Made by a program: the position numbers and the translations under genes
Part shown: piece after piece, positions 49,547 to 64,000 of the stretch
Layout: the number at the start of each line of letters is the position of its first letter
Position numbering within the stretch: position 1 is the first letter of the stretch
Assembly (NCBI GenBank): GCA_905178155.1
Contig: CAJINV010000002.1
Location: 5,327,709-5,391,708, forward strand
Origin: Amoebophrya sp. A120
Lineage: Eukaryota > Protista > Dinoflagellata
Reading direction: 5' to 3'
DNA length: 64,000 nucleotides
Notes under the pieces: model-generated
What the model saw: the letters and a program-made list of their open reading frames with translations, nothing else
Told to the model about the DNA's origin: nothing
The model's database searches: none

Positions 49547-52500
49547 ATGGCCGAGAAACAAGTGAAACCCGGCGCCGGCGCGGACAGCACTAAAAAGAAT
49601 GCAGGCGCCCCCAAGCCTTCCCCGAGAGCGACCCCAGCAACCGTTGTCGACCCAGCCAAGGTGAGAATCGTCGCCGCCGGCGCGGCAACTGCACCGCCGG
49701 CGGCTGCAGGAGGACCGACAGGTAGCAAGAACTCGAGTGCTGGTGCAACAGCAACAGCTACAGCGGCCGCACCCGCCGTCGCATCCGCCGGTGGCAGTAC
49801 AACAACTGCAGGCGGTACTAGAACTGCAGCTGTTGCAGCGGCCGCGGGTAGTACAACTGCGCAAGGCAACAAGAACACTACAAATTCTAAGCCCACGGGT
49901 ACCCCCAAAGCCTCTCCAAAGGCGTCCCCGAAAGCAGGGGCAGCTGCTGGTGCCGGACCCGGACCACTTTCGCAGGCGGGGAGCGGAAGTGTCGTCGTGA
50001 TAAAAGCAGTGGACGCAGCAGCAGATTCAAATAAAGGGATGAGTACTAGTAAACCATCTCCGAAAGTAGTAGATTCCAGCAGTACAACTATCGTTGCCGG
50101 TGGAGCTGCAGCAAAGTCGTCTGGTGACATCACTGCCGCCAAGGTTCCCATCAAAACAGGGAACAACAATGCTGGCGCTTCTAAACCCACTCCGAGAGGG
50201 GGTGCAGCTGGCGCTTCTGCGGTCGCAGAGCAGACAGGCAGCACCAAGCCCCCCACGACCGCTGGTGGATCCGCCGCGCAGCCAACAACTTCTAGTACAA
50301 CCGCAGGGTCTAGTAGTACTACTTTGCCACCGAAAGCGAAGCAGTCGGCCCCGAAACCTAAGCAGGAGAAGAAACTGCAGCCACTGAAGTACACGGAGGA
50401 GCGTATTCAACTGAATGACGCGGAGATCTTATCGAGGAAAAAAACTGATGTGTAAAAAGGCTGCCTTTGATGTGCATGTGTAGTTGCAGAAGATGCATAA
50501 GTAGAGGTCAGCACAATGCTCGTCGACATGCATCGTTGTAGCCTAGTTCTTTATTCATATGTGTGCTGTTCACATTCACATACTATGATCTGTGCATGAC
50601 TTATGCGCAACATCAACATCATATTTCTTGTCACGCTGTGTTCCTCGTGCAAAAGCAAAAGCAAAAAGAGCTGCGCCGACTTCTACAACACAGTTGTTGT
50701 TTTCTTGGATAGATCTCGAAGTTCGTGGGGCTGAACATGGTGCGGCAGCCCGAGCCTGTGGTGAAGATTCAGACCATGTTCACGAACCTGTTCCGCACCA
50801 CGGTCCGCATCTTCGGTGCGGAAGATCAGGGCGAACAAGGGATGTTGAACAACGAGGATGAAAGAGCGTCGAGAATAAAACAACTACGGCCGGAACACGA
50901 GCTGAAGCAGCAGACTGCGAAGCAACAAGTTTTGCAGGCCCTGGAAGCGTATGAGCAGGTACTGGACGGGCTGCAGTTGGAGCAGCGCAGTTACATTCAC
51001 CAGTTGAAAGCTTTGCGTGAAGAGGAAAAGAAGGTCAAGGTGGTCCTTGGGCAACGATCCGTCGACACGGGGGAGCTGCTACTCGTGGACGACACTGGTA
51101 GTAAAAATGCGGTTGGAGGTGAAAAAAAGGACACGACGAAGGCTACTTTATCTACGGCAGGAGGTACAACTACCAAGGTACTATCAAACAACAAGAGTGG
51201 CGTGAAGAAGATGAACATCGATGGTACGAGCAGCACGACAAGTGAGGATGAAGATGACCACTCCTCTCGCACAACATCAGCTGCCAAAACGGCGACAACC
51301 AAGAAGCTTTTTGGAAAGACGCTCAACGACGTGGTGGACTCCAAGCAATTCGATCTGGAAGGTCTTTATCAAAGGGAAATTTCGATCTGGGGTTGGAAGG
51401 TTGCAAGTTAATTTATCAACAGGCGTGTCCGGCATTTGAGCATGACTTGACAAGTCGGCGCTGCTGCTGTCTTGCATGTTGCTCACGAAATAGTACTCCA
51501 GGATGAATCTGTCACCCAAATTATAAAACCCAGCTCATTGTTCTGCGAAATACCAATACGCGAGAAGAACAGGTAATATGAATGAGCCACGCAAAATAAA
51601 CCTGTGGTCATGCTTAGCTGTGCATCGCTACGCGCTTTTTTTGTTTTTTCTGACAATTAGTTTTTGTCTAAGAAGCTTCATTGGCACGATTCCATCGACG
51701 CCATCACAACTTTCCAGAGGACCCAGACGTATTTACGTTGCATAGACTGCTCGGGCACGAACAGGCGATTGAGGAGTTGAAGGTAAGGCGGTACTAGCAG
51801 ATTGAGCTTTCATCGTCCTACCAGATCTTGATATAATTGGTCTTGCTCTTGACCTCTTGCCCATGCAGACGAGGGGCGACCCCCGTTGTTCATCGTGTGC
51901 CGGTGCCCATCGTCCCTGCATCGGGAAGATATGATCTACTTCATGGGAGACCGAGACTTTATGATTATGTTCACTACCTCTACTGTGCAAAAAAAAAAAC
52001 AGGAAGTAGCAGGGAGCTTGGAATTCATCGCTGAAGAGGCGGTTGGGGAAGATTTAGTAAGCGACAAGAAAAAGAACGCGTTGGAGCAAGCTGGTGGGGA
52101 AGTCGATGCGGGGGCCGCAGGTGAAGAAGTGTCCTCTGATGACGAGTATCCACTGCAAAAGTGCTATGATCCACCGATGCTCCTAGTTGTAAATGTAATT
52201 GATGCGAGCAAGCGCGACAAATCTGCTTGTTTTCGACTTGAGTCTGTCTAAATGACAGACAAACGAAACGGAAACTTCGATTTTCTTCTTCTATGAACAA
52301 AATATGAATTTGTCATGCGATTTACAGCTAGTAGCGCGAAGATCTTCATGTTTTTGCAGTGCATAGCGGGGACGAAAACACTGACGAGCCGATCGGAGAA
52401 ACGACGTCTTTACTGGAACTGGCCCACAAAACCAAGATCAACATGCTGCAGGAGGAGGTACTTACTCATTCAAGCTGACTCGTTACAAATTAAGTTTGGC

Positions 52501-53971
52501 GTCCCAAAAATACACGAAGTGTCTGATCCAATGCAGCTAAAAACGCGGCCATTGTTCATCTTGTACTCTCTTCCTTCCAACAAGGACGAGATTTTTGTGA
52601 AGATGGGAAAAATCCCGTTGAGCTCATTCTGAAGTTCGCGATTTCGGAGGCCGAAATAAATTTTCATGTAGCCCCCGATCATGTTGCAGCAAGCAGCTCT
52701 CTTGCTTCGGTACCTCCTGTGCTGGTCCACGTCCATTACTATAATCATGGTACAACGCTTTCATCTTGACCTTGTAACTCCACTTTCTTTTACTTCAGGT
52801 CCAGACGATGTTTGAGCAGAAGCGGGAGCGAGAGGAGGAAGAAACGTATCGGCGGCAGCTGCTCACGACCAAGATGCCCCGGCATGAAGCGAAGGAGCAG
52901 ATTCAGCAGGTGGAATCCGAGATCGAGAACACGAAGAAACTGCGGGAGAAGCACGCCCTCGAAGAGGAGATGACCTACAAGAAGCTCGAGCAGATCAGCA
53001 GCGAGCTGTCCACGGTGTACACGGAAATTCGGAATTTTGAGTGCAAGAAGGAAACTTCGAAAGAACGACGGGAACGGAAAAGCAAGGAGCTCGCTGGGGG
53101 GGCAGCAGGTGCAACTAATGATCTTCATAGTTTGAAACCGACCTCCAGTTTTGATTTGAAGAACAGCGGTGGAGCTGCAGGTGGGAGTAACAATAATTCG
53201 GGTAGTACAGCCTCTACCGGAGCCGGTGGAACTACAATGGAACATTTCCAACATGGGGGAAAAAGCAGAAAGATGGTCAGCTTCGAAGACGCGGCAGGGG
53301 CCCAGATGTTGAACTACAACCAGCACGGAACTACAACCGCAGGTGGCAAGATTGGCAGTCGGGGCGGCGGCCCGCATCGGGGGCCGCAGAACATGATGAA
53401 TCAGCCACTGTCAAAAGCCTACCCGCCAACAGGTGGCCCAAACACGACCCTCGCCCAGCACGGGCTCGTCCAACAAACCTTCCGCGCGGGAGGACCAGCA
53501 CAACAGCAGCCCTTCCAGGCGGTTGCGCGCGGCCCGGGAGGTGGTCCTGGTCAGCCTCCGATTGTGCCGCCGCAGCAGCAAACTTCGAAAGGGGGCACGC
53601 AGCGGTGGATCAGCCCGAACAAACTGGCCGCCCAGCAGCATAACTACCAGCACGTACCCCCGCCCCCCGGGCCGCCGGGCATGAACCCCTACCACTACGC
53701 ACAGGCGGGTGCGAACCCCTACAACGCCCCTCCGGGCGGGGGCGGCGGGTATAACAACCCCTACCAACGACTGAACCAGGGCGGTGGACCGCCACCCCCC
53801 GGCGCCGGACCCCCGAGCACGCAAACGTTCCGGGCACCGAACGTCGGTGGCGGGGGCGGGCCCATCATCGGGAAGTCCGCCTTTCAACCCTTCCAGCGAC
53901 CGGTGGGGGGACCGTATGGAAAGGGAGGGCCGCCACAGGGTGGACCACAGCAAGGTGGCGGAAAGTTTTGA
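49547..53971 (+). CDS. Hypothetical protein: Ala/Thr/Lys/Pro-rich N-terminus, coiled-coil middle, Pro/Gly/Gln-rich C-terminus
   Basis: ORFs 49547-50455, 50725-51411 and 52808-53971 plus short exons; frames join after removing introners at 50430, 51367 and 52147 and GT-AG introns. Confidence 0.65.
50430..50711. mobile_element. Diverged TIR introner
   Basis: TATCGAGGAAAAAAACTG ... CAGTTGTTGTTTTCTTGGATA, DR GATCT; removal gives AEISKFVGLNMV. Confidence 0.8.
51367..51744. mobile_element. Decayed family A-related introner
   Basis: TATCAAAGGGAAATTTCGATCTGGGGTTGGAAG ... ACCCAGACGTATTTACGTTGCATA, DR GTCTT/GACTG; removal gives LEGLLGHEQAIEELK. Confidence 0.7.
52147..52365. mobile_element. Family C-like introner
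   Basis: TATCCACTGCAAAA ... TTTTGCAGTGCATA, DR ACGAG/GCGGG; removal gives SDDEDENTDE. Confidence 0.75.
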
Positions 53972-56275
53972 TCCAAATCTTGCGGGAACTAAGTACTTAT
54001 TGTGATGAAGCACCTCCAAGAACCTGCGTCCTTAGTCCTTCACAACAAGCTCCTGCTTATGTGAAAATGCGAGGAGGTCGAGGAGCGTCTGAAAAAAAAT
54101 TGTCAGAATCTGTTTATTGAAGACATCAAAGCCGAGTAGTAGAGGAACTGATCACCTGCTCAGTGGTCATTCCCAAGAATTTCTTCCAGCAAACTACATC
54201 AAATTAGCCCCCCGTACTGTGATTTGTCAAAAGCAGTAGAATGAATAGTGTTACTCGTCTCACACCAGAGGACCTCAAGGAAATACGTCCAGCAGCGTGG
54301 TCCGCCCAGATGTAGACCGCCTGCGAAGGTCAGTTTGTGTTCGCTGAAATTTCAACAGGAACAAACCTTGTAGACTTCATTTTTCTGGAATTACTAGAAG
54401 TACCCCGGAAAACAGAGCGAGCTGCACAGACGAGATCGCATGAAGATGGTCGTAGCGCCGCTAAAGCACAGAGCATTGGTGGTCATGCCTGCTGGTAAGT
54501 GGAACTTACCACATCCTGTATGTGTGTATTGACCAGCGCTGTTTCAGATTGTATGTTTACCGTCAAAGCTACATTTTTATATCCAGATCTTGTTCTTTAC
54601 CTCATAGACGACCGAGTTGCTGCTCTGAGCTATAATATGCACTTCCGCGACTATCTACTTTGAGACCTCTGCTCAGCCGGCAACGCAATGCACTTCGCTA
54701 TTGAGAGCAACCACTTTTTTTCCGGAGATGATTGAGCTATCGAGGAACAAGGACGGTGGACTCTGTCCTTCTATAAGTACTTGAATCATATTCAGACCAC
54801 AGGCGACCCTACTAATGAGAAGCGACATAATATATTTGTACGTAGTGCCTGAGAAAGACTAAGACATAAGGCGAGAAAGAAAGCACGATAATTTTTTCTC
54901 ATACGCAAATGTAGTTGCTTAACCTGATAGATGTCTAGTCGCATCAATTTTTATACGCATCAGAACAAGGCAGTGAAGTTAGATAGGGTGCGACGCTACT
55001 GAAATCTTTGAAGGTTTTTTTTTGGTACTACTAGTACTTGCTAGTAGCTTCTCGCATTTTTATCACAGCAAATTAGAACAATGCTCTGCGGCTCGGGAGG
55101 AGCACGTTCTTCAGAAGCGAAGGTAGCGTCAACTTCCTGTTGCGGTTCGTATTCCGAACCGACGGCTTCTAGTACTCGTAGCTTAACGAAGGAAACTGTC
55201 ATCCGGTGGAGTAGCGTGGAGTAGCAGGTTCGCCCGTAGTAGCCGACGTGCTGAGCAACAGCCGGTTTCAAGTTTGTTCTCCACAAGAACTTCCATTCCT
55301 TCGACTCCAGCTGCGTGACAGGTACGACTTCAAACCGAATTTGTACCTGCTTCCCTCGTCCGTACTTCTGGAAGAAGTACAGGAGCTCCTTCTTTCATCT
55401 TTGTTTCGACGCAGCGCCACGCTGTTGCGTGACAGTTGTTGACGTCGAGCCCTGCGTTCTATTGTTCCACCGAGCTGCTCTAGGGACGACGACGGGAAAT
55501 AAGTAGAGCGCCAAATAAGGGAATAAAACCCAAGACGATCATTCTCGGACGAGGGTACTAGAACCTCCGGACAAGTTCTTCAAGTCGAAGTTTCGATTGT
55601 TATTTGACCCGGGAGGTCTGCAATCCCCGTCATCGGACTACAGCAGTAGATCGAGACAAGGAATTCTACTTGTACAAACAGCGAGCAGGACTTCTTACTC
55701 TCCACAGCGAAACAGAATTGTGCGACATAGCGACAAGCTCGGTCCGCAGCTGAAAGTCGACATCAACACATCAGCCGGAAGCAAATTTGGACGCACAGTG
55801 AAACAACGGCAACAGGCACCGCAAGTACAACTGGTTGTCAAAAGGAATATATTCATCACCGCGCGGCGGCCGCACCTCTTCTTGCTCAACTCTTCTTGCT
55901 CAACGCACCGCGGTGCAGATTTTGCCGGGTGAAGTCCCAGTTCTTGGGGCCGCAAACAATTCGAGGATCAAGATCTCGACGTCTCTTCGATCACCACTGC
56001 AACGCGTAGGAGCAACTTCTTCAAGAACTTCTATAGTTTCTGAGCAGAACCAGAAGTTTTCCAGAAGCCGAGCGACAGCAGCAGGAGCAGGAGCAGCTGG
56101 AGTTGGGAAGAAACTCTCAAGGAGCTGTCACTGGTTCACTTGAAGGTCCCACAGTGAGAAGATTTTTGGCCGCAGCAAGAACACGACGACTCTGTACAAC
56201 TACTAGTCGAACTTCCTTACGACCCCTCCACGGCCGTCGACCTAGTATAGATACTATCAGTCGCATCACAAGAAG

Positions 56276-59083
<2,808 letters not shown>

Positions 59084-61070
59084 TGAGGTCATGGATGCCA
59101 CCACTCTCGGCGGCGGCAGGGGCAATTTTTAACTACCGCGAGTCCACAAAGGATTTCCAGTCTTCTTCTTTTTTACAAAAGCATACAGAGTCAAAAACAG
59201 TCTTCTTTCGATTATGATTTACGTAGCAAATAAAGGACGCTTCAGTTTTATTAAACAGTCTTATAGCAGTCACGCCGCTCTTTTTAGTCTTCAGTCTTAG
59301 TCTTCTAGTTCTAAAGCAAGAAGTTGGGTAATAAAGGAAGGGAATTTTAGCGGAATGGAGGTACTGGGTAGCACGTCGCGCAGGCGCCGCAAAGATTCGG
59401 CGGCTCGGCCTGATTCTCCTGCCTTTGTTGACCATGGAAAGCACAAAGTGAAACAGGAAACGGAAGTAGTTACCAACCGAAAGGAAGGACGTCGGCAGAC
59501 GCAGATAAAGTGCTGATACATAAAAACGAGGAGTTGGCGCAAAAAACAAGAACTATACTCACACTCGGCGAACTACTCAACACCACGCGACATCAAAGGC
59601 AAACGCACCCGTTGATGTACCAACCCCCACATGACGCGGTCGCGGAGCAGCATAAGTACACAAATTCTTCCAAACCGCCCAACCCCAAGGAACAAATAGG
59701 TATCTGATGTAGTGCTCCTCGTGGTGATGTAGTCCTCGCTTTCCCCCCGTTTTCATCCCCGAAGTCTTCACGACCCCGCTAGTATCAACCCCCTCCTCGC
59801 AGCTCCCTTTCAAATAGATATTAGTCACCGAGTAAGTACAAAAATTAGTCTAGCAGCCCCGCCGAAATGTGTCTTCCCGTCATTTCCCGCACCATTGTAG
59901 TTACCAAAACGGCGCATCACGATGATCACTACGAGCGGCCCTTCGTTGTTCCCGTAGTTCCCCGCAGACCCAGCGATGGCGACAAACGCGGCGATCAGCT
60001 TGTGAAAATATAACTGGAAGCACAGCTTCTATTTTCTTTGATACCTATGTATACTGTTGTACTGTATGACTCTCTTGACTACATCAAAACGTCGACCAAG
60101 AACCAAAACGCAGTCCGCCTCTTGTAAAATTATCAACCAGGTTTCAACACCACGCGCTCAGAAGAGCCTTGTTTCTGTAGTCGTTCTTTGGTGCAGCACA
60201 TGATAAAGGAGAGCTACCATGCTGTGCTGGCACCACTTCAATTTAAGTTCGCATGTGTTCATTTTTGATCATGCAACGAACAACGATGTGGATGTGCTTC
60301 GAGATTAAGAATCCAGCAGAGTGGCCAAGTAAGTGGTAGAGTTGCTGCATAAGTAACTACAAAAGCACCGAAGAACGCGTCGGAGTATCGCTTCTTTGTA
60401 GAACAAAAAAAGTAAACGTGCGTTTTATTCATGCGAACACTTGTGAATTTCTAATTCCATCGGTTCCGGTAACCGTGCCAACGGAAAGTGGTCGCAGCAT
60501 ATGAGCAGCTGCGCCAAAAGTTTCGGTTTCAAAAATCTGCAACATTAGTTGCACCAGCTAGTACATCATTCGTGCGCACTACACCTTTCGTGCAACTACA
60601 TGAATGAAAGAACCAAGTTCGGTGACGGATCGTTTTTTCCGAAGATAAATATCATTGCGTCAACATCGTGCAAACTATACATACGTGCAAGAGGTGGAAG
60701 TAGTTTCTAGTTCCGTCGTCTTTTTCTACTTGAGCGAGGATTATTTTCTACCTCGATGAATGGAACTCACTGTAGTTTGGCTTTCGTCCAGATGGAATGA
60801 AAAGTGGCACAATTTTACTAGGAAAGAAAAGAACAATCTTCTGACCACACAAAGCTATGATTCGCAGGTCTCGCTCTTGCCAACCTATTCATCTCCTAGG
60901 TCTTTCCAAATTGTATTGATTGTTCTGAGCTACCCGCCTGTTTTCCAGCCAGTTTGCAGTGCTCTTTGCCCGTCATCTATGTCTATCCATTGCGCATATT
61001 CATTTTACTAGACATAAGGAACTAGGGACTTTTGTCCGGTACTAAAAATCTTCCTTCCAGCTCAAGAAAG

Positions 61071-61814
61071 ATGACTGAGGAAAAGAAGAAGGAGGACAAA
61101 AAGCCGCGGGAGATACAGGTGATGGACACGGAGCAGTTTCTTCCCATGTTCAACACCTACCTCGAAAAGGACTTTAGCGAGGCCCTCCACTCCTACGCGG
61201 ATGAGTACGCGGTGGAGTTCCGGCGACTCATCAACGAGCAGGTGGCAAGCCAGAACTTCGAGACGCACAAGCACCGATACCACGACCTGTTCGGGGTGTT
61301 CCACCGAGCCATCGAGAAGTCCCTGGTCGACTTCTGCCACTCCAGAAGGTTCCCCCACGAAGACTTCGAGGCGACGATTGATCAGTACCTAGACGTGAAA
61401 AGCGACGAAGAGGACGAAGCAAAGAGTATCTTGCTTTATCTGTTGTTTTCAGTGGTGTTTCAGTTGAAGTTTTTTCAAGTGTAGTTTTTACGGGTACAAG
61501 TACTAAGTGCAGTTGTGTACGTAGAAGGAGCGCAGCAGTCTGGAGAGGAGATGTTTCGGCTACTCGTTTTTGTACGTGTGGGCTTTATGATCTAAAGATG
61601 AAATAGAAATCCACACTCGTTGTACAATTTTTCAACATGCAAAAAACGCACCTCAAATTTAAATAAAAAATCAGAATCCAAGGGCATCGATTTGGAGTGC
61701 AAGAGGCTACTGAAAGCCTTCATCGCCAGCACGGAGTACCAGGCGTTTATGGAGTTTATGGTGGAATATGTCGGAGAAATGGAGGAGTCAGACTTCGAGG
61801 AGATTTTGTGCTAG
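61071..61814 (+). CDS. BART-domain protein (ARL2BP/CFAP36-like), two exons
   Basis: Small acidic helical protein with F...ETHKHRYHDLFGVFHRAIEKSLVDFC and EYQAFMEFMV, resembling BART domains; GT-AG intron ~61426-61674. Confidence 0.6.
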
Positions 61815-63072
61815 ACAGCATCTTCTACTTCACGGGCCAGGTCCAGCACCTGCTCACGTCGATGTTGTTGTTGAATCTTGTTGTACAATAAAACGCGCCA
61901 CGTGGCAGCTGCTGCACGTGAAATGAATTATTTACGTTTCCTATACCCCGTTTCTTTGTTCGAGAAAGCACTCAGATTGAAAGAATGAACACCACTCTCC
62001 GGATTCGAAGGACGCTTGTCGCTTTAGAATTGGAAAAGAAATAGTGTTTTATGGAAACAAAACAACTCTGTAGCTGCACGCTTCGCCGACTGTCGTGCTT
62101 GTGAAGGGGTGTTCGTGCACCTGTCGGTCCTGCACCACCGGATCTTGTCAAGAGCCTTCATGAGGTGTGCGTGACTGTTCTTGTTTTCTCGCGCTTTTGG
62201 TACTAGTTCTGAGTTTAAGTAGGCCTTATTGGCGCCTACGTCTAGTACCTCCGGAGTGGTCGGCGTTGCAAATTTTGGCAGAGCTCCATGAATATGATTG
62301 ATGAGGACCACTCTACTTCCAGAATCACATTGAGTTAGAGTGCCGGATCCATCGTGGTATTTAATGAGCGAAAAAAATGAGGGATGAACCAAGGGGTCCT
62401 CACGACGGGCTGGTGGTGCCTATCGTAGTGCGGCCAAAAAAAGGTGAAAAATGGATTTGTTGTAATTTCTCGCTTGAAGCGCGACAATCAACTACATTGT
62501 GATATCAGCCACATGGTACTAGAACTAGTAGCACCACCAAATTCATCCCGCGTCGTTTTCGGTTTGTTGAGTGATTTTACGAGTTTTGATATACTTACAT
62601 TCAATCGCAGTGTTGAGAGAGAGATTTTTTTGTTGCCACATCCACTTCTCCGACGAGGCTGCAATTGCTATACGTTTGTCTTGTGAGCGAAGACGTGTGC
62701 TGAAAAAGAATTCTTCGAAGGAGATAGATTTTGACTCGAACGACCTGGTGAAAAACATGCAAACATAAAGTTTATGCAACCAGCACCTGTAAATGTAAAT
62801 GCACTTGTTGTTTGTGTCGATCGCGTTTTCGTTCTTGTCTTGAATTAGAATCGAACCTCAAAAGATGCAGCACTCCTCTCCCGGACCGCGCTGATTGTCA
62901 ACTGATAATATTGAAATAAGCGGTTCTTTGGCGGGGCCCAGCACGACACGAGCGCCAGCACGAAGACGCACTACTTGTTCCGATAACGTCGACAACTGCT
63001 GACGGTTACGCCCAAGAACATTGAAAGCCCTCGTCTTGCTCCTCCCTGTTTGTTCGTGCCGACGTGGTCACC

Positions 63073-63928
63073 ATGGAATCTGCCAGTTTCCACGACTTTC
63101 GGATCGTGCAGGAGCTCGGCCGCGGGTCCTTCGGCACGGTGTATAAGGCAAAATGGAACCAAAACCAGCACCCGGGATCCTCCTCCTCGCGCCCGACCAG
63201 CACGCGACCGGGGCCGCCTGGTGGAGACCCCGACGCGCAACCCTTTTTAGTGTTGAAGCGAATTGACTTCAAGCCCTGGCACCAGGAGAAACACCGGCTG
63301 GCGGCGAAAAAAGAGGTGCAGAAGATAGCTGGTTGATGTGCATGTGGATAGGTGGTTTTTTGTTTTCGAAATGAAACTTCGTCTCCTTTTTTCCACATGC
63401 GAGGTAGATTCCAACATTTGTCACGGTCGGGTCGTATCTATCAACAAGACAATGAAATTTCTATTCAGGTCCAGATGCTCGCGAAGGTGCGGCACCCGAA
63501 CATTATTCGGTACTACGGCAGCTTCACGTATAAGGGCGCCCTGTTTATCTGCATGGAGTATGCAAGCTGCGGAGACCTGCACCAGTTCATTCAGAAGCGG
63601 CAGAGGAGGCAGGCGCAGTTGACAGAGGATATCAAATGTAAAAATGTCTGGGTCTGGAAATTTGTAATGCTAAAAGTGAATGGGAGTTCCACCGCAATAC
63701 GGAGCCAAGCATGACAAATTTTTGGGCTCCTATGTGTTGCGTGTTCCGCATGGCAAACTGCGTTTTTGCATGACAGGTAAGAGGACAGCTTTGTGCCCAT
63801 GCATCACAGATTCTTGAGCCATGTCAGACATCCATGACAAACATAGCAATCTTCCAGACCCAGACATTTTTACATTTGACAGAGGACCTGCTTTGGAAAT
63901 TCGGGGACCAGCTCGTCGCTGCGATTGC
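63073..63928 (+). CDS. NEK: NIMA-related (NEK) protein kinase, 5' part (continues beyond the window)
   Basis: FRIVQELGRGSFGTVY..VLKRI..AKKEVQMLAKVRHPNIIRYYGSF..LFICMEYASCGDL..LTEDLLWKF..QLVAAI. Confidence 0.85.
63630..63881. mobile_element. TIR introner, family A
   Basis: Family A TIRs (right end ACA), DR GAGGA; removal gives LTEDLLWKF. Confidence 0.9.
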
Positions 63929-63942
63929 GTACTAACTACTGA

Positions 63943-64000
63943 TATCAAATGTAAAAATGTCTGGGTCTGGAAGAATGCATGTTTGTCATGCTTGTCTGGC
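63943..64000. mobile_element. Left end of a family A element (cut off by the window edge), apparently inside a GT intron starting at 63929
   Basis: TATCAAATGTAAAAATGTCTGGGTCTGGAAG. Confidence 0.8.

Noticed and set aside
49525-50394. Long minus-strand ORFs (also 10013-10690, 19470-20057, 53411-54019)
   Set aside because: Antisense shadows of + strand low-complexity or GC-biased exons.
14032-51749. Many mismatches between DR copies are synonymous (14037, 32868, 36356, 39292, 51367), suggesting both copies are under coding constraint
   Set aside because: Non-synonymous mismatches are about as common (4830, 5153, 5434, 31105, 37549, 39625, 52147). This fits one exonic copy drifting at silent sites and one unconstrained copy.

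Overview
Eukaryotic, intron-rich genomic DNA. Every host gene I could recognise is on the + strand: an RCC1-repeat protein (3' part), a putative secreted coiled-coil protein, gamma-tubulin complex component GCP2, a long low-complexity gene, a cGMP-dependent-kinase-like (PKG) gene, a coiled-coil/Pro-Gly-rich gene, the PP2A catalytic subunit, a BART-domain protein and the 5' part of a NEK kinase. The dominant feature is about 44 short, mostly 100-380 bp, elements with terminal inverted repeats (TIRs). Nearly all start TAT and end ATA, and they are flanked by a 5-bp direct repeat (DR). Most interrupt exons. Removing the element plus one DR copy restores reading frames and conserved motifs even though no GT-AG boundaries are available, so they behave as non-canonical, transposon-derived introns (introners). 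This architecture matches what is reported for the parasitic dinoflagellate Amoebophrya; the organism is inferred, not verified. The same element families occur in both orientations inside sense-strand genes, nest inside each other's TIRs, and share an internal GCAT(G/C/T)ACAAAT motif across otherwise unrelated families. The window also holds a 2.35-kb TIR element with internal repeat arrays, a 5'-truncated RNase H-bearing non-LTR retrotransposon with a 30-bp target duplication, and a 1.3-kb insertion between 36-bp direct repeats. Exon structures were reconstructed by eye and need RNA confirmation.
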